DNA from: a bacterium
GTDB taxonomy: Bacteria; SAR324; NAC60-12
Assembly (NCBI GenBank): GCA_965205865.1
Contig: CBDBHR010000029.1
Span: 64,001-128,000, forward strand
Reading direction: 5' to 3'
DNA length: 64,000 bases
Shown: positions 21,930-33,182 of the stretch, piece after piece
Numbering within the stretch: the stretch's first letter is position 1
How the letters are laid out: the number at the start of each line of letters is the position of its first letter
The notes under the pieces: generated by a model
Told to the model about the DNA's origin: nothing
The model's database searches: none
Seen by the model: only the letters and a program-made list of their open reading frames with translations
Translations under genes and position numbers: made by a program

Positions 21930-24900
21930 TCAAGGTCCATGGACATCGTTCAGGTTGAATTCGGGTAGGGCATCGATGATGCGCATGGTTTCGACGCTGA
22001 CATGTACGATGCGGTTGATTGCGGTTACCAGGTCTTGCGGGTGCTTGAACCAGGCATTGGGATCGTTGACGATGCCGCTTTGCTTGTCCTTTGTAATCCG
22101 GTAACGATCGATGAACCACTCCAGGGGCGTTTTCCCGTTGACCTGATAGCGATGAGCGGCGGCGGGAATGCCCTGTAAGCTCACGTGCTCGTTGATGCGC
22201 AGGGTGGTTTTTTCGTTGTCGAGGATACGCATTTTCTGGTGACCGATGCGAAAATGCTCCGCTCTTGCCTCTCCATCGTGCGCGCACTTGATTGTCAGCG
22301 GGTATTCTTCACAAGTCTCATAACCGAGGTGGAGGGTGGCCAGGTCAAGCCCGGCCTGGGCAAACGAATGGAAATCCGTTGCGAATGGAATGCGTGGTAA
22401 CTCTTTCGCCAGATCATTGGCAAACTGTTTGCGAAAACCGGGGGAGTGCAGGAACCCGTAAACATAGTCGAAAATTTGGTCCTTGGCGATCGAGTCATCT
22501 CGATAATGCGTGCGAAACTTTCGCAATGCCGTGTCCGTGATGTTATCGATACGATCCAGAATTTGTCCTAATCCCGGGTTCGCTCCCTGTCCTTCCATCA
22601 CTTTCGAATACTCATACCGAGGGAAGCATTGACTCTTCGAGATCAGCTCGAGATCCGGCATTGAATCGACCATAAGCGCGGAAAATGGCGTAGTCGATCC
22701 AATCCCGGGGACACAGATTGCACGATTTTCTGTCGAACTGTGCGGGAAAATGCGATCAAGTTGGTACTTGCGATTTACAAGAACATATTCGACATAGCAG
22801 TTTTGCTTGACAAATGGACGATATTGCGTATTTCTATTTTTTTTTGGTTCGAAGGAAATTTTTTTCAATCTTTTGAGATTGTCTTTTAATTGGTCATCCC
22901 ATCGAATATGCGAAGAGTGAGAGCGTGCGACCTGATCTGCAATAAGATTGGGATTCTCTTTGTAAGTCTGAATTGCTCCCAAATAGTCTCCAGTCGCCAA
23001 TCGTGCGTTTTGTGCGCAAGCGTCATGAGAAAAATTATAAACGTACGCGTCTCTGCTGGTATTCAATCCTTGTGAATACAAAATGAAAACAGCATTGTCT
23101 GACTTTCCTGCCTTGGCTTCCTTCGATCCCATTGGAAAGATGCGTTGGAACTCTTCGTTGCGTTGGTCCACCCAGTCGTGATGTCGATCAGGCGTGATCG
23201 GTTGCCAGTCTTTGATGCCAGCGATTGATCCCGCATTACGGAGGATTGCCAGTTTCTCTTCACGTTTGAGATAGTCACCGATATCGTGATAGAGGATACG
23301 ATGACTGTCGCGATTGACATGCGGATTACGAACGAGGATGGTGATGGCGACTGGTGCGCGTGAGCCCTGGCCAAATGCATTATCACCTTCTGAACGTCTG
23401 AGTTCACCTGACGTTCTAGCATTCCCCCGCAGGTGCAGCACATAAATGGAGCTGAACTCTTCTGCCAGGCAGGCCCGGACACCGGAATCTGCATTGCCGT
23501 CGATCCAGGAACCATTGCTGACAAAAGCGATAACGCCTTGTTTGCCAATCCTGTCCGAGGCCCAGCGGATTGCCATTTTATAGGTATCGTAAAGGCTGTT
23601 TTTCAGTGTTACGTTGGAGCGAGCGGCGTAAGTTTCGCTAACACGGTTCTTTAACTCAGGGTAGTCGACGTTGGGATTGTCTTCCGCCGCGCTCTTTTGT
23701 CCCTTTGACCACGGTGGATTGCCTACGATAACCTGGATCGGCTGATCCTGTTGACGTTCCGCGCGTTCGCTGTTGTCCGGTAGCCAGGATCTGGGGAACC
23801 CCTTGCGTCCCGTGTGCAGATTGAAGGTGTCCGTTAAAACGATTCCATCGAAAGGTTCATAAGCGATTTCCTTACCACGGCGGCCATGGTAGGCCTCTTC
23901 GATGTGAATGGCCGCAATGTAATAGGCGAGCAGGATTATCTCGTTGGCATGAAGCTCGCGGTGGTACTTCCTGGAAAGATCGGTTGGTTTGATCAGTGCT
24001 GACTGGAGCAAGCGCACCAGAAAAATTCCTGTGCCGGTGAAGGGATCGAGGACGTGCACGCCTTCATCGCTCAGACTCCGGCCGAACTCCTCACGCAACA
24101 CATGATCTGCGCTGTTGAGAATGAAGTCCACGATTTCCTTGGGGGTGTAGACGATGCCGAGGCGGTCGGCATCCTTTTTCAGGGCGGTGGCGAAGAATTT
24201 CTCATAGAGTTCCATCAACACGCGCTGGCGGGCATCGCTGTTGTCGAGTCCACGCGCACGCAAACGAACGCTTTCGTAGAAAGGCTCGAGATCCCGCGTT
24301 TCGTTTTCGAGCCCGAATTCTCCGAAATCTCGCTGCAGAGCATCCAAGGCCTTAGCCACCGGATTGCTGGCAGCGAAATCATAATGCACGAAGAGGGCTT
24401 CGAAAACCGGTCGCGTGAGGAGATGCTGGGCCATCATGTCAATGGCATTCTCTTTGCAGATCGATTCGTTGATCGAGACTTTGAGTTCCTCGTGGAAGGC
24501 ATCGAACCACTCACTGAGGGTTGCATTTTGGGGACTGGCCAGCAAACTCTCGATGCGATGGACCAGTTTCCGGAATATTTCCCCCACGTCCTTGGCCCAG
24601 CTTTCCCAGTATTTACGATCTCCGCATTTTTCCACGACTTTGGCATAAATCGCGCCGGGAGGCAGATCTACCGGTGGAAATGGAAATTCCGGGGCTTCCG
24701 CAGTTGCGAGGTCATTGCCACTGAAGATAATGCGACTGGTCGGATTGTTGTTGAGATCAATATGATTGATCTCGGCATTGAACCGGTCATCGTGTGAACG
24801 CAAGGCGCATAGAACGCTCCAGACGGCGGCAAAGCGTTCGTTGTCGTTAAGAGCCTTTGCGGGATCGATGCCGGCGGGAATGGCGATGGGCAATATGATG

Positions 24901-26670
24901 TAACCGTATCCTTTGCCCTCGGACTTGCGCATGACGCGACCGACGGCCTGGACGATGTCAACGTGTGAGTTTCTGGGATTCATGAAAAGCACCGCATCCA
25001 GAGCGGGCACGTCGATCCCTTCGGAAAGGCAGCGCGCGTTGGAGAGAATACGACAGTTTTCCCCGGAACCTTCCTTCAGCCATTCGATACGGGATCTACG
25101 ATCGAGGGCGTGGTGCTGACCGTCCACATGTTGCGTCTCGCAGTTAAACGTAGAGGAGTGTTTTGAGTCGGGTAAGGACTCGATGGCATGTTCGACGATG
25201 CGGTTCCAATGGCTCTGCAACCTCTTCGAGGAGGCAATCGTGTTGGTGAATGCGATTGCGCGGGTCAGGGGAATCAGCGGTCCTTCTCGAGAATCTTTGT
25301 TCTCCGGATTTTGCAGGGCATTCCAGCAACCAATGATTTTCGCCGCGTCGGTGATGTTGATTTCGCTGTCTCCTTCTGCCAGGTGCGCCTGCAGAGCCTC
25401 ATCTACGAACTGCTCGGACATGGCGAAAACCACGACTTTGTAATCGGACAACAGGTCCTGCTCGACCGCGCGGGAGAAGGGAAGCCGGTGAAACTCCGGT
25501 CCGTAGGTGTCAGGATCATCCATGGAGAACACTTCGACGTCGTGGCGCGCCGCCTTTGCTTTGGCGCCTGCCGTGTAGAGACGGGGCGTTGCTGTCATAT
25601 AAAGACGCTTTCTGGCCCGGATCCTCTTTTTATCGTGAACGAGTACGAAGTGTGAAGTCTTGTCACCGGGACGATCAATACCAGTCGTTCTGTGGGCTTC
25701 GTCGCAGAGCACGATATCAAAAGCAGGCGCTCCTCCATCCTGCGCACGTTCCACAAGGCCGAGCGACTGGTAAGTACAAAAGACCACCGTCATCACGTCC
25801 TGATGCGCATCCTCCAGTGCTTTGGAAATCACCACTGTATCCGTGGTGACCGGAATTTCAAGCTCCTGCATCGATGCGTCCTCATCGTCTTTACCGGCAC
25901 GCGTATCGGAGCAAATACCGACGTAGCGTTGTGGAACAGCCTTTTGCGTCGCCCATTCCCGCATCGACTGGGAAAAGAGGGAAATCGATGGCACCAGGTA
26001 AAGCACCCGGCCGCCGATCCCTGCGGCGTCTTCCGCAATGCGCAGGGCGGTAAAGGTCTTTCCCGTACCACAAGCCATGATCAATTTGCCCCGGTCATAT
26101 TGTTCAAATTGCCTTTTGACGTCGTGCAATGCAGCCTGCTGGTGAGGGCGAAGTATGAACGGTTCATGCCTGTAGGAAAGCTCTTCCGGATCGGCTCGAG
26201 TCAAATCGGGCCAGTCGAAAGGTCGGCTTGCGAGATCACTGTGGTGGATCACGGCGCATGAGGGTTTCAGGGGTTCGATCGTTTTTTTCGCGTTCGGTCC
26301 CCATTCGGCACCGGTATCGACGACGATACGAGAGGTGAACGGGTCACGTGCCGAAGCGGAGACAAAGGAGTCGAGAGCGGGTTTCGATATCCTGGTGTCA
26401 GGCGCGTAGCACTTGCACTGAATGGCGCAGTAGCCTCCTCCCCGTTCCTCCGCGACCAGATCGATGCCCGTATCGATTGCCATCGAATTCAGCCTGCTCT
26501 TCCGCCCATTCGGAGTAAAGCCGGACCTGGGAAAATCGTTCCTTGTATACGGGATCCTCCGTCAGGTACTTCTTCATCAACCGCTCGAACTTACGCCCTT
26601 TCGCCGCTTCAGTGCCTGCAGTGGAGCGGATGTGTTCCAATGCACTCTGAAATCCGTTGTTTTCGTTCAT
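21930..26670 (-). CDS. Type ISP restriction-modification enzyme, copy 2 (1-bp frameshift near 26475)
   Basis: Nuclease, helicase (GTGKT, DEAH), MTase (DPFTGTG, NPPW) and TRD. One extra base relative to copy 1 splits it into ORFs 26398-26676 and 21930-26483. Confidence 0.9.
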
Positions 26671-26815
26671 CTTCAATAAACTCTAATTTTTGACTTGATA
26701 AAGTGAGAAATCGTCAGACTTGATCTTCATTTTCAGTGATCTCCCTCATTTCCATGCATTTCCTATTCTTAAAAAAATTTATTTCTTGAGAAAACAAAGA
26801 ACTGAAGAATTCGGA

Positions 26816-28228
26816 TCAGTTTTTTGATGTATCTTTCATGCTCGGTACATCCGGAAATTTCACTATCTCACCTTCTGATTCAACGATTGCTTTCCGGATT
26901 TTCTCGGAAAAAGATGAGTCTCGTATGCATTTCAAGTACTTGACCAGTGGGAACATGTCCGGCGTGTGAACCAGTGCCGTCCCAGTTCGTTTTGAAGCTT
27001 GACAGACCGTAACTGTGAAGAGTGGTTGTTTTCGATTGTCCGGTTCGGTAAGTCTGAATGGGTTACCAAACAAAACTCCCTTTGCTGGCTCTGCTATTTC
27101 AGACTTGTCCAAATCTTCATGGATATGCCGTTCCAACTGCTGGAACTTTTGGATGTTAATGGCTTTATTATCCTTACCTTCGACTTCACCAAGACAACGT
27201 CCCTCTGCTGATTCAAAGACAATGTCGAAGTCTGATTCATTATCACTGTACCGGTCTGCCCTGAAGCCGAATGTTTCCATGGCATCAATGACAGCTGATT
27301 CCAGTGCTTTTCCAGTCTCGTACAGAAGTGCTCTTGGCAGGGTTTGCTTCTCAAGGTCTTGAATGCTTGAATCGTGTTCTATTTTCAGCTTATGAATCTC
27401 TTCCTCAATTTTTGTGACTCGACAAAGCAAGATCTTTTCTCCTTCAAGAATGTACATCTCCGTTTTGCACCAATCAGGCTGGGGAGTACGGGTCGTACCG
27501 CTACGAAGGACTTTATGGATCTGGACCAAACAGTCAATTAAAGCATTTCCCTGATTCGAATTTTCCAGGTCCAAAGCAGGCAGCAGAATGAAGTGGCCGC
27601 TGCTGCCCTTGATCCATGATGCAACGCACCGGTCACCAGAACTGGTGACCATCAAGGGTAAATTTTTATTCTGTGAATCATTAGAATGACAGAAAGCATT
27701 CTGTGAATCATTAGAACGACAGAAAGCATAATGTACTTTATATTGAGAGGATATCACTGCATTGTTTTCCAATATGAAGCTAAGAAATTGACCATCCTTC
27801 GTAAGTTTCATTTTCTTGCCAGTTTCTACTTTGATTGAACGGAAGTCGATCGGAAGACATTCATAGTTATTGAAATGATGGTATTGGCGTTGAACCGATT
27901 TACGATGGTATTGGCGTGGAACCGATTTACTGAAATGATGGAGTTGGTTGACTTAGAAAGATAAAGATCGTCTTACCTGCAATAAAAGGCGTCCCGTAGT
28001 TTTTCCTGCCAACTGGACATCAACGATTTCATTTGATCGCTAACTATTAATTCATTTGATGGGAGATCGTCTGGTTTTATAGTTCAAGTCTCTGAGCATG
28101 TTTTCAAGATCAGGTTCAAAAATAATTATGTCCGCATCGAGGAGCGATTGCTTGGAGTTGAAGGGCACATATTGGTGGTCGTAGCCTGGAATCTTTTTCC
28201 CAACGCAAAAAATTTCTTCTTTTGCCAT
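26816..28228 (-). pseudogene. Hypothetical protein with C-terminal PD-(D/E)XK-like domain, 5' part disrupted
   Basis: ATG at 28228 (MAKEEIFCVG..SLLDADIIIFEP); 3' ORF has DFDIVFES..GEVEGKD; internal short duplications. Confidence 0.6.
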
Positions 28229-28877
28229 ACAAATTTTTCTCAGCGATCGTTATGCAGGAAATGTCCTAAAATTAGTTGAAAATTGAAAGATGACCTTCCA
28301 TTCTTATGTTGTGGTTTCATTGACCACGTAAAAACCAACCCCAACGAAGGGAGGTCGTATGAAAAAGGTAAGCAAAATCCTGAGAAAGAAGCAACGCGGA
28401 AGATCGAGTGGAGACGTATAAAGAATTGCTAGCCAGTGAGTTTGAGTCTTCCACTGCGCATTGGACATGGTTGAGAACTACGACATTAAAATTAAATCTA
28501 CGCAAAAACCCTTTGCAGTCAAGTCCGAATCACAATTCATATGAGCAATCATTGAAAACATCGATCCCTTACCTTTGTCCCCATCAAAACGTCCAGTGTC
28601 CGCCAAATGAGAGTCTCGAAATATTCCGGATTCGCATCAAAAGGGCCTTATTGAGTCAAAGTATACAAAACCCCGTCAATGGTGTCCTTCAGGCGCCATT
28701 CAGCCTTTTTCACGCCAGGCCTGCGTTGCATTACTTAATCATATCAGCTCAAGAACAACACAGTAGGGTTGACTACTCATAAAAAGTGTGTCATTCAATA
28801 TTCAAGATACAATGCAAGCATAAATACCGCACACCGAATGGTGAGCACAAGACGAGCTGAAAACAAAAGGGAATCGT

Positions 28878-29135
28878 ATGATCATGGATACTCAGGAAGC
28901 ATTTGAGGACTTGCAACAAGTTGGTTTTCAACAGGAGCAAGCAAAGGTCATTGTCAAATTATTGCGGAACACGGAAGCCAGGGGGATTACGCAAAGCGAT
29001 CTCGAGACACTAGGAACCAAAATTGATGCAAAATTTAACGTGCTCAATTCTCGCATGACAGTATTACAGTGGGTTGTGGGATTGCACTTCACATTCACAG
29101 TAGCCATCCTGGCCAAGCTGTTTGAAGTTATCTGA
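28878..29135 (+). CDS. Small coiled-coil plus TM protein (DUF1640-like)
   Basis: DTQEAFEDLQQVGFQQEQAKVIV..LQWVVG; RBS AAGGG. Confidence 0.65.
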   Translation: MIMDTQEAFEDLQQVGFQQEQAKVIVKLLRNTEARGITQSDLETLGTKIDAKFNVLNSRMTVLQWVVGLHFTFTVAILAKLFEVI

Positions 29136-29422
29136 AAGTGCCAGGCACGAATTCTCTCCACTGCCACCTGCCGACCGGACTTCATGATCCGGAGTATGAA
29201 TTTGCGCAAATGCCTTTGTTTTCCCATCAATCTGCTCCAGCTGTCGACAGACTGAAGCAGTGACCCGAGTTGCCGTATTCCTCCAACCCCCTCTGCCTAT
29301 TGACCTACCTGAAAACGTGGCATCACAGTTGTTTTAAGAGCTTCTGAATTTTCCGGATTCGCATCCAAAGGCCCTTTTTGAGTCAAAACACGCACACCTC
29401 TTTCAACAAATCGCCGTCGCCA

Positions 29423-29726
29423 CTGGTTCCAACTCTCCCTTGTGCAGTTTATTTGTAAATTCACTGTAAGAACAGCGAAATCTTCTTTCCAAAGCAAGGT
29501 AGTAAGCGTCAAGAATAAGAAAAATTATCGTCGGAATTACAGCCAACCGGACGAGGTCCGGAGTATCGTTCGTAGCTAACAAGACCAAAGTAGCGGAGAC
29601 AATCGTAATTCACCACAGCTTACAAGAACGGCTGTTGTCCGCCATTCTTTGTACGACTCCTTGTAATATGGAAAGGTGGCATTGGACAGCAGAGCTTTCC
29701 TCATTGAGAATTGACTTGTCACTCAT
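29423..29726 (-). pseudogene. Conserved multi-TM hypothetical protein, copy 1
   Basis: HLSILQGVVQRMADNSRSCKLW*..LDAYYLALERRFR; TGA where copy 2 has TGT; 3'-truncated. Confidence 0.7.
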
Positions 29727-29987
29727 GTGATCCTCGCCTGATAAATCCGTCAAACCACGATTGCCGGCCCAATGGACTTTTGACTTTTCGTATGAATCTT
29801 CGGCACTGTTTGCATTTTGAGGAATTAGAGGGTATTTCAAGTATGAGAAAAGAATCCCTAACGATCGCCTGAATGTTTATCACAAAACTCTTCTACTCGT
29901 CAAGTCTCGATTCGCTTGTATTGGCACGTTGAACGCAGGAAAAGTAAGTGCTATATTTCATTATCAGAGAATAGAATGGAGGTCTGA

Positions 29988-30272
29988 ATGGATGTAAAAG
30001 AAGCGGCGCGTACAGCGAAAAATTATCTTGTCAGTCTATTTGATGACGAAGAGATTATGAACGTCGGCCTGGAAGAGGTCGTGTTCGAAGAAATGTCAAA
30101 TAGTTGGAGAATAACTATAGGCTTCTCCCGGCATTGGGACCAGAAAGGAATCTTGACTACTGCACTTGGCGAGGGACGGCCAGCACGCTCATATAAAGTC
30201 TTATGTATCGATGATGTTGACGGTCAGGTCAAATCCCTGACAGACCGTGTCCTGCCTGACCTGAAAAGCTGA
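29988..30272 (+). CDS. Hypothetical protein, putative partner of the PIN gene
   Basis: 94 aa, RBS GGAGG, TGATG overlap with the next gene. Confidence 0.75.
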   Translation: MDVKEAARTAKNYLVSLFDDEEIMNVGLEEVVFEEMSNSWRITIGFSRHWDQKGILTTALGEGRPARSYKVLCIDDVDGQVKSLTDRVLPDLKS

Positions 30273-30733
30273 TGCGCCAAAAAGGACTTTACATCGATGC
30301 GAGTCTCCTTGTGCTGCTTGTCGTAGGCAGCGTGGGACGAAAGTTGATCGCCAAGCACCGCCGACTACGAGAATTTTCTGTGGAAGATTACCAGTATTTG
30401 CTCAACCTGATCGACCAAGTGGCCCGGGTGTTCGTAACACCGAACACCCTGACTGAAACGTCTAATTTGATTGCTCAGCATGGAGAACCCGAGCGTGGCC
30501 GCTTTTTTGACAAGCTCAGAGTCCTTATTGAGAAGACAAAGGAAGTGATGGTTGCCAGTACAGAAGCCTCGCATATCCACGAGTTCAGGCGGCTTGGGCT
30601 AACCGACGCGGCGCTTCTGGTGGTTGTCACGGCGGAAACCCCGCTGATCACCGTGGATTTGGAGTTGTACCTCGCGGTGTCAGCAAAAGATCCAAAAGCT
30701 GCTAAGAATTTCTGGCATCTTCGGGACCAATAA
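30272..30733 (+). CDS. PIN-domain protein
   Basis: YIDASLL..TPNTLTETSN..LGLTDA..LITVD. Confidence 0.8.
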   Translation: MRQKGLYIDASLLVLLVVGSVGRKLIAKHRRLREFSVEDYQYLLNLIDQVARVFVTPNTLTETSNLIAQHGEPERGRFFDKLRVLIEKTKEVMVASTEASHIHEFRRLGLTDAALLVVVTAETPLITVDLELYLAVSAKDPKAAKNFWHLRDQ

Positions 30734-30881
30734 TCGTTTGTCCACCCTGTCGAAAAATCAGACCAATGCCCACTTCATTTTCCTTCGAACGACAGTGTGG
30801 GAAGCCTCAGAAATTCTGCTAACAATCAAAGTTACGGTCGTATGTTTTCAACCTAACGGGATCTGAGCGATACTTCGAAAT

Positions 30882-31343
30882 GGGGTCAGGCTTGCAAGTT
30901 TGCAAAAATGGGTATTCTTTAAATTTTAACCTTTTTCAATTTGCCAAGATGTCTCGGAAAACGCGTTTGTACGGACTCTGGTACGCTTTATCATGTGATA
31001 CTTCGAGGCAATGAGGCCACCGTTGTCGCCGCCGCTCCCCCACGTATTTCACTCACATTTGGCCCCAGCACAACCAAGTCCGGTGGAGGCCCGTCCACCG
31101 TGATCGGCCGAGCGTCCGAGCATTTTTCGATGACTACGACTCTCGACGTTTTATCAGTCTTCGATTGGAAATCTGCAACAATCCGGGAAGTGGCAAATGC
31201 TCTCAATCGAGATGATTCTACTATCGGTCGTGGAGAGCATAAGTTGAGAGAAAGATTGAAGGAATCCACAAATCTCCAAGAGCGGTTAAAAAACTCAACC
31301 TAAAAATGTTTTCTTAAATTCGCAAACTTGCAAGCCTGACCCC
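30882..31343 (+). mobile_element. RAYT-derived element copy 3, with inserted CARDB-gene pieces
   Basis: Both TIRs present; inserts at 31020-31041 and 31049-31122. Confidence 0.8.
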
Positions 31344-31399
31344 CTCACTCCGCCATGTAGGCCCATTACGAAATGCAAGAGCTTTTCAAGTGGCTTTAG

Positions 31400-31787
31400 T
31401 TTACGTCCAAACTTGCGGACGATGACGAACAATTGTTAGTGGTGTCGGACTCCCTGGGCACCACATCCACGCATGCGCCGTAGTAGTACGTGCCAGCCTT
31501 CGACGGCGCCGTCAGCTTGATCGTCGCTCGCGTAGTTGCCGGAAGGGAAAAGCGTATTCACCGCGTCCGTGCCCACCGTCGTGTCAGAGGTCGTGATCGT
31601 CCCGTCCGTTGAGCGTTTATACCGCACCGTTGTCGCCGCCGCTCCCCCATCGCCTTGGTTGTGCACCGTCACTATGAGCCAAAACGTCCCATCCTCTCTG
31701 ATTTCACTCACATTTGGCCCCAGCACAACCAAGTCCGGTGGAGGCCCGTCCACCGTGATCGGCCGAGCGTCCGAGCAGTTGTTGGTG
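31400..31787 (-). pseudogene. CARDB (Ig-like) repeat fragment of a surface protein
   Basis: PDLVV..VTVHNQGDGGAAATTVRY..STDGTITTSDT..GTYYYGACVDVVPRESDTTNNCS, frameshifted; GC-rich. Confidence 0.72.
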
Positions 31788-31792
31788 GAAAC

Positions 31793-32158
31793 GGGGTCAG
31801 GCTTGCAAGTTTGTAAAAACGGATAAATTAACCTTTTTTTAATTTGCCAAGATGTCTCGGAAAACGCGTTTGTACGACTCTGGTACGCTTTATCATGTGA
31901 TACTTCGAGGCAATGGAGGCCAACGTATTTTTTTCGATGACTGCGACTCTCGTCGCTTTTATCAGTCTTCGATTGGAAATCTGCAATAATCCGGGAAGTG
32001 GCAAATGCTCTCAATCGAGATGATTCTACTATCAGTCGTGGAGTGCATAAGTTGAGAGAAAGATTGAAGGAATCCACAAATCTCCAAGAGCGGTTAAAAG
32101 AATTCAACCTAAGTCTTCGAAATGTTTTCTTAAATTCGCAAACTTGCAAGCCTGACCC
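31793..32158 (+). mobile_element. RAYT-derived non-autonomous element, copy 4
   Basis: Near-identical to copies 1 and 2. Confidence 0.85.
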
Positions 32159-32163
32159 TCTCA

Positions 32164-32406
32164 CAGGAAGCATTTGAGGATTTGCAACAATTTGGTTTTC
32201 AACAGGAGCAAGCAAAGGTCATTGTCAAATTATTGCGGAACACGGAAGCCAGGGGGATTACGCAAAGCGATCTCGAGACACTAGGAACCAAAATTGATGC
32301 AAAAATTAACGTGCTCAATTCTCGCATGACAGTATTACAGTGGGTTGTGGAATTGCACTTCACATTCACAGTAGCCATCCTGGTCAAGCTGTTTGAAATG
32401 ATCTGA
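32164..32406 (+). pseudogene. 5'-truncated duplicate of 28878-29135
   Basis: Near identity begins at CAGGAAGCATTTGAGG, right after the element end. Confidence 0.75.
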
Positions 32407-33182
32407 AAGTGCCAGGCACGAATTCTCTCCACTACCGCCTGCCGACCGGACTTCATGATCCGGAGTATGAATTTGCGCAAATGCCTTTGTTTTCCCATTG
32501 ATCTGCTCCAGCTGTCGACAGACTGAAGCAGTGACCCGAGTTGGCGTATTCCTCCAACCCCTTCTGCCTATTGACCTACCTGAAAACGTGGCACCACGGT
32601 TGATTTGAGAGTCTGGAAATATTCCGGATTCGCATCCAAAGGCCCTTTTTGAGTCAAAACAGGCAAACCTCCGTCAATTGTATCCTCTTGCCACCACTCA
32701 GCACTTTTCACACCAGACAGAGACGGAGGCTTTCATTTCCAATTCCAGCGCTTCAGAAAATATCGCCCTGGCTTTCACTCTCAAGAGTTCATTCCAGTTG
32801 CAGGAATTTCAGGATCGGTAAGTTCAGACTGTTCAATCAGTCCCTTGTTCCTTTTGCATTTCATTCAGATTTTATCAAGATTGCCTTTTTGCAAACAGTA
32901 CTTGGACATTTGTCGGGTTATCCCATGAATACAAGAATCCAAATTCCAACTTGCGGGGTAGCTCCCTTCAAGTGGATAAATAATCGGGACATACCCCTCA
33001 GTCCGGGTACTGTTTGCAATAGCCCGGCGCTCTTTTTTCCGGGGGCGTCGCTATTGAGTACCTGAGAAAAAAGACGGATTTTACGATTCCGGATCTTAAG
33101 CACTTGATATGTGGCTGTAGTGAACGGTTTTTTTGTGTTGCAATAATTCATAGTAGTACGCTTCAGACTTCCCTTGGGTTTG

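Noticed and set aside
1-26670. Diversity-generating retroelement TR/VR pair
   Set aside because: Differences between the duplicates are not adenine-specific, and no reverse transcriptase ORF is in the window.
28290-28520. Possible miniature IS (MKKVSKILRKKQR start with strong RBS)
   Set aside because: No TIRs, TSD or catalytic motif could be defined.
31436-32215. 259-aa minus-strand ORF
   Set aside because: A chance fusion of the element's antisense strand with the CARDB fragment.
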